A stretch of 64,000 bases of DNA, taken from assembly GCA_030390025.1 (NCBI GenBank), contig JASTWF010000034.1:1054001-1118000 (forward strand). Reading direction: 5' to 3'. Below the pieces are notes generated by a model. The model ran no database searches. It was not told where the DNA came from and saw nothing but the letters and a program-made list of their open reading frames with translations. Source of the stretch: Squalus acanthias. Lineage: Eukaryota. This document shows, piece after piece, positions 62,666-64,000 of the stretch; position 1 is the first letter of the stretch; every line of letters begins with the position of its first letter. Position numbers and translations under genes: made by a program.

Positions 62666-63353
62666 GGTGAGGACACGTTCCAGCAGGCTTTTCTCTCATC
62701 TTGGGTCTCCCACCTCCTGCCGCAATCCCGGTCTGGCAGCTGTGTCCTTCAGGGTTCGGTTAATGATGGTAATTTCCAGGAACTATTGGTGATGGACATT
62801 GAAGTTTCCCCCTCCCGACCCAGAGTATAATTTGTGCCCTTTCTGCTCTCGGTGCTCCCATCAACTGGTGTTCAGCATGAAGATGTGCCGATTCATCAGC
62901 TGAGGGAGGGCGGTAGGTGGTTATCAGCAGGAAGCTACCTTGCCCATGTCTGACTGGAAGCCATCAGACTTCATTATATCCTCAGGCAATGTTCAGGACT
63001 CGCAGGGTTTCTCCCTCTCGATTGTATACCCCTCTGCCCCCACCTCTGGTGGGTCTGTGCAGACCCTGGAATGGTGATGGAGGGTTTGAGAATGTTGACT
63101 GACAGGTATGGTTCTGTGAGTATGATTATGCGAGAATTTAATGTTTCCAGAGAGTTTCCTGGAGTATTGAGGTGCTTACAGCGTATTTATCTCATTGGTT
63201 AATATTTTAAGTGTTTTCCTTTGATCCCTTCGTATTAATCCTTTGCTCCTTTTAATTATTCTTCCCCTCGGTCAAACACGATGACATATTTGTCTGGGTG
63301 AGGTCACTCTTCTTCTTCTTGTTCTATTTTCAGGCAATAGAGAAATGAACTGA

Positions 63354-63905
63354 GAATGAAATTCCTGAACTGAGGCGGGAGCAGTGTAATCTAGGGAGCC
63401 CTGGGAATGAAATTCCTGGACTGAGGTGGGAGCAATGTAATCGAGGCAGCCCTGTGAATGAAATTCCTGGACTGAGGTGGGAGCAGTGTAATCTAGGCGG
63501 CCCTGGGAATGAAATTCCTGGAATGAGGTGGGAGCAGTGGAATCTAGGCGGCCCTGGGAATGAAATTCCTGGATTGAGGTTGGAGCAGTGGAATCTAGGC
63601 GGCCCTGGGAATGAAATTCCTGGATTGAGGTGGGAGCAGTGTAATCTAGGCAGCCCTGGGAATGAAATTCCTGGATTGAGGTGGGTGCAGTGTAATCTAG
63701 ACTCTCCCGGGAATGAAATTCCTGGACTGAGGCGGGAGCAGTGTAATCTAGGTGGCCCTGGGAATGAAATTTCTGGACTGAGACGGGAGCAGTGTAATCT
63801 AGGCAGCCCTGAGAATTAAATTCTTGGACTGAGGTGGGAGCAATGTTATCTACACAGTCCTAGGAATGAAATTCCTGGACTGAGGCTGGCGCAGTGTAAA
63901 CTAGG
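63354..63905. repeat. 51-bp minisatellite, ~11 copies (GGGAATGAAATTCCTGGACTGAGGTGGGAGCAGTGTAATCTAGGCAGCCCT)
   Basis: 17-aa periodicity in ORF 63454-63819. Confidence 0.95.
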
Positions 63906-64000
63906 CGAGTCCCATTGTTCCATCACTGGGATATTCTCTCAGGTCCTGCCCTTTAGGACCATTTTTTTATTATGTTTTTAATCCTGATGGCCTGGTATGG

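Noticed and set aside
62299..63905. 33-bp and 51-bp arrays as CRISPR arrays or repeat proteins
   Set aside because: Head-to-tail repeats without unique spacers, no cas genes, vertebrate context; the ORFs are by-products of unit length

Overview
Eukaryotic, repeat-saturated window, almost certainly from a cartilaginous fish (shark-type HER1/CR1 LINEs, HE1/V-SINE, SacSINE1/Deu-SINE). Most of it is nested, mostly dead CR1-clade LINEs (ORF1 zinc-finger/SGNH esterase; ORF2 APE endonuclease + RT). The rest includes Penelope-like (PLE) fragments carrying minimal hammerhead ribozymes, one decayed Harbinger transposon (DDE transposase + spliced Myb/SANT gene), several SINEs, five minisatellite families and a 500-N gap. 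The only host-type gene I can support is a GPR139/GPR142-like class A GPCR: an intact large exon at 21883-22784 (-) with two broken exon-1 remnants about 6.6 kb upstream, beyond the Harbinger. Most notable: a ~60-copy CpG-rich 27-bp array of YY1-consensus motifs right after the GPCR stop; an inverted PLE cassette with two intact, oppositely oriented hammerheads and an 11-bp TSD; and an inverted segmental duplication (41.3-43.1 kb vs 62.1-64.0 kb). I found no convincing new protein-coding system. Family names come from motif recall, not database searches, and element boundaries are approximate unless a TSD is given.
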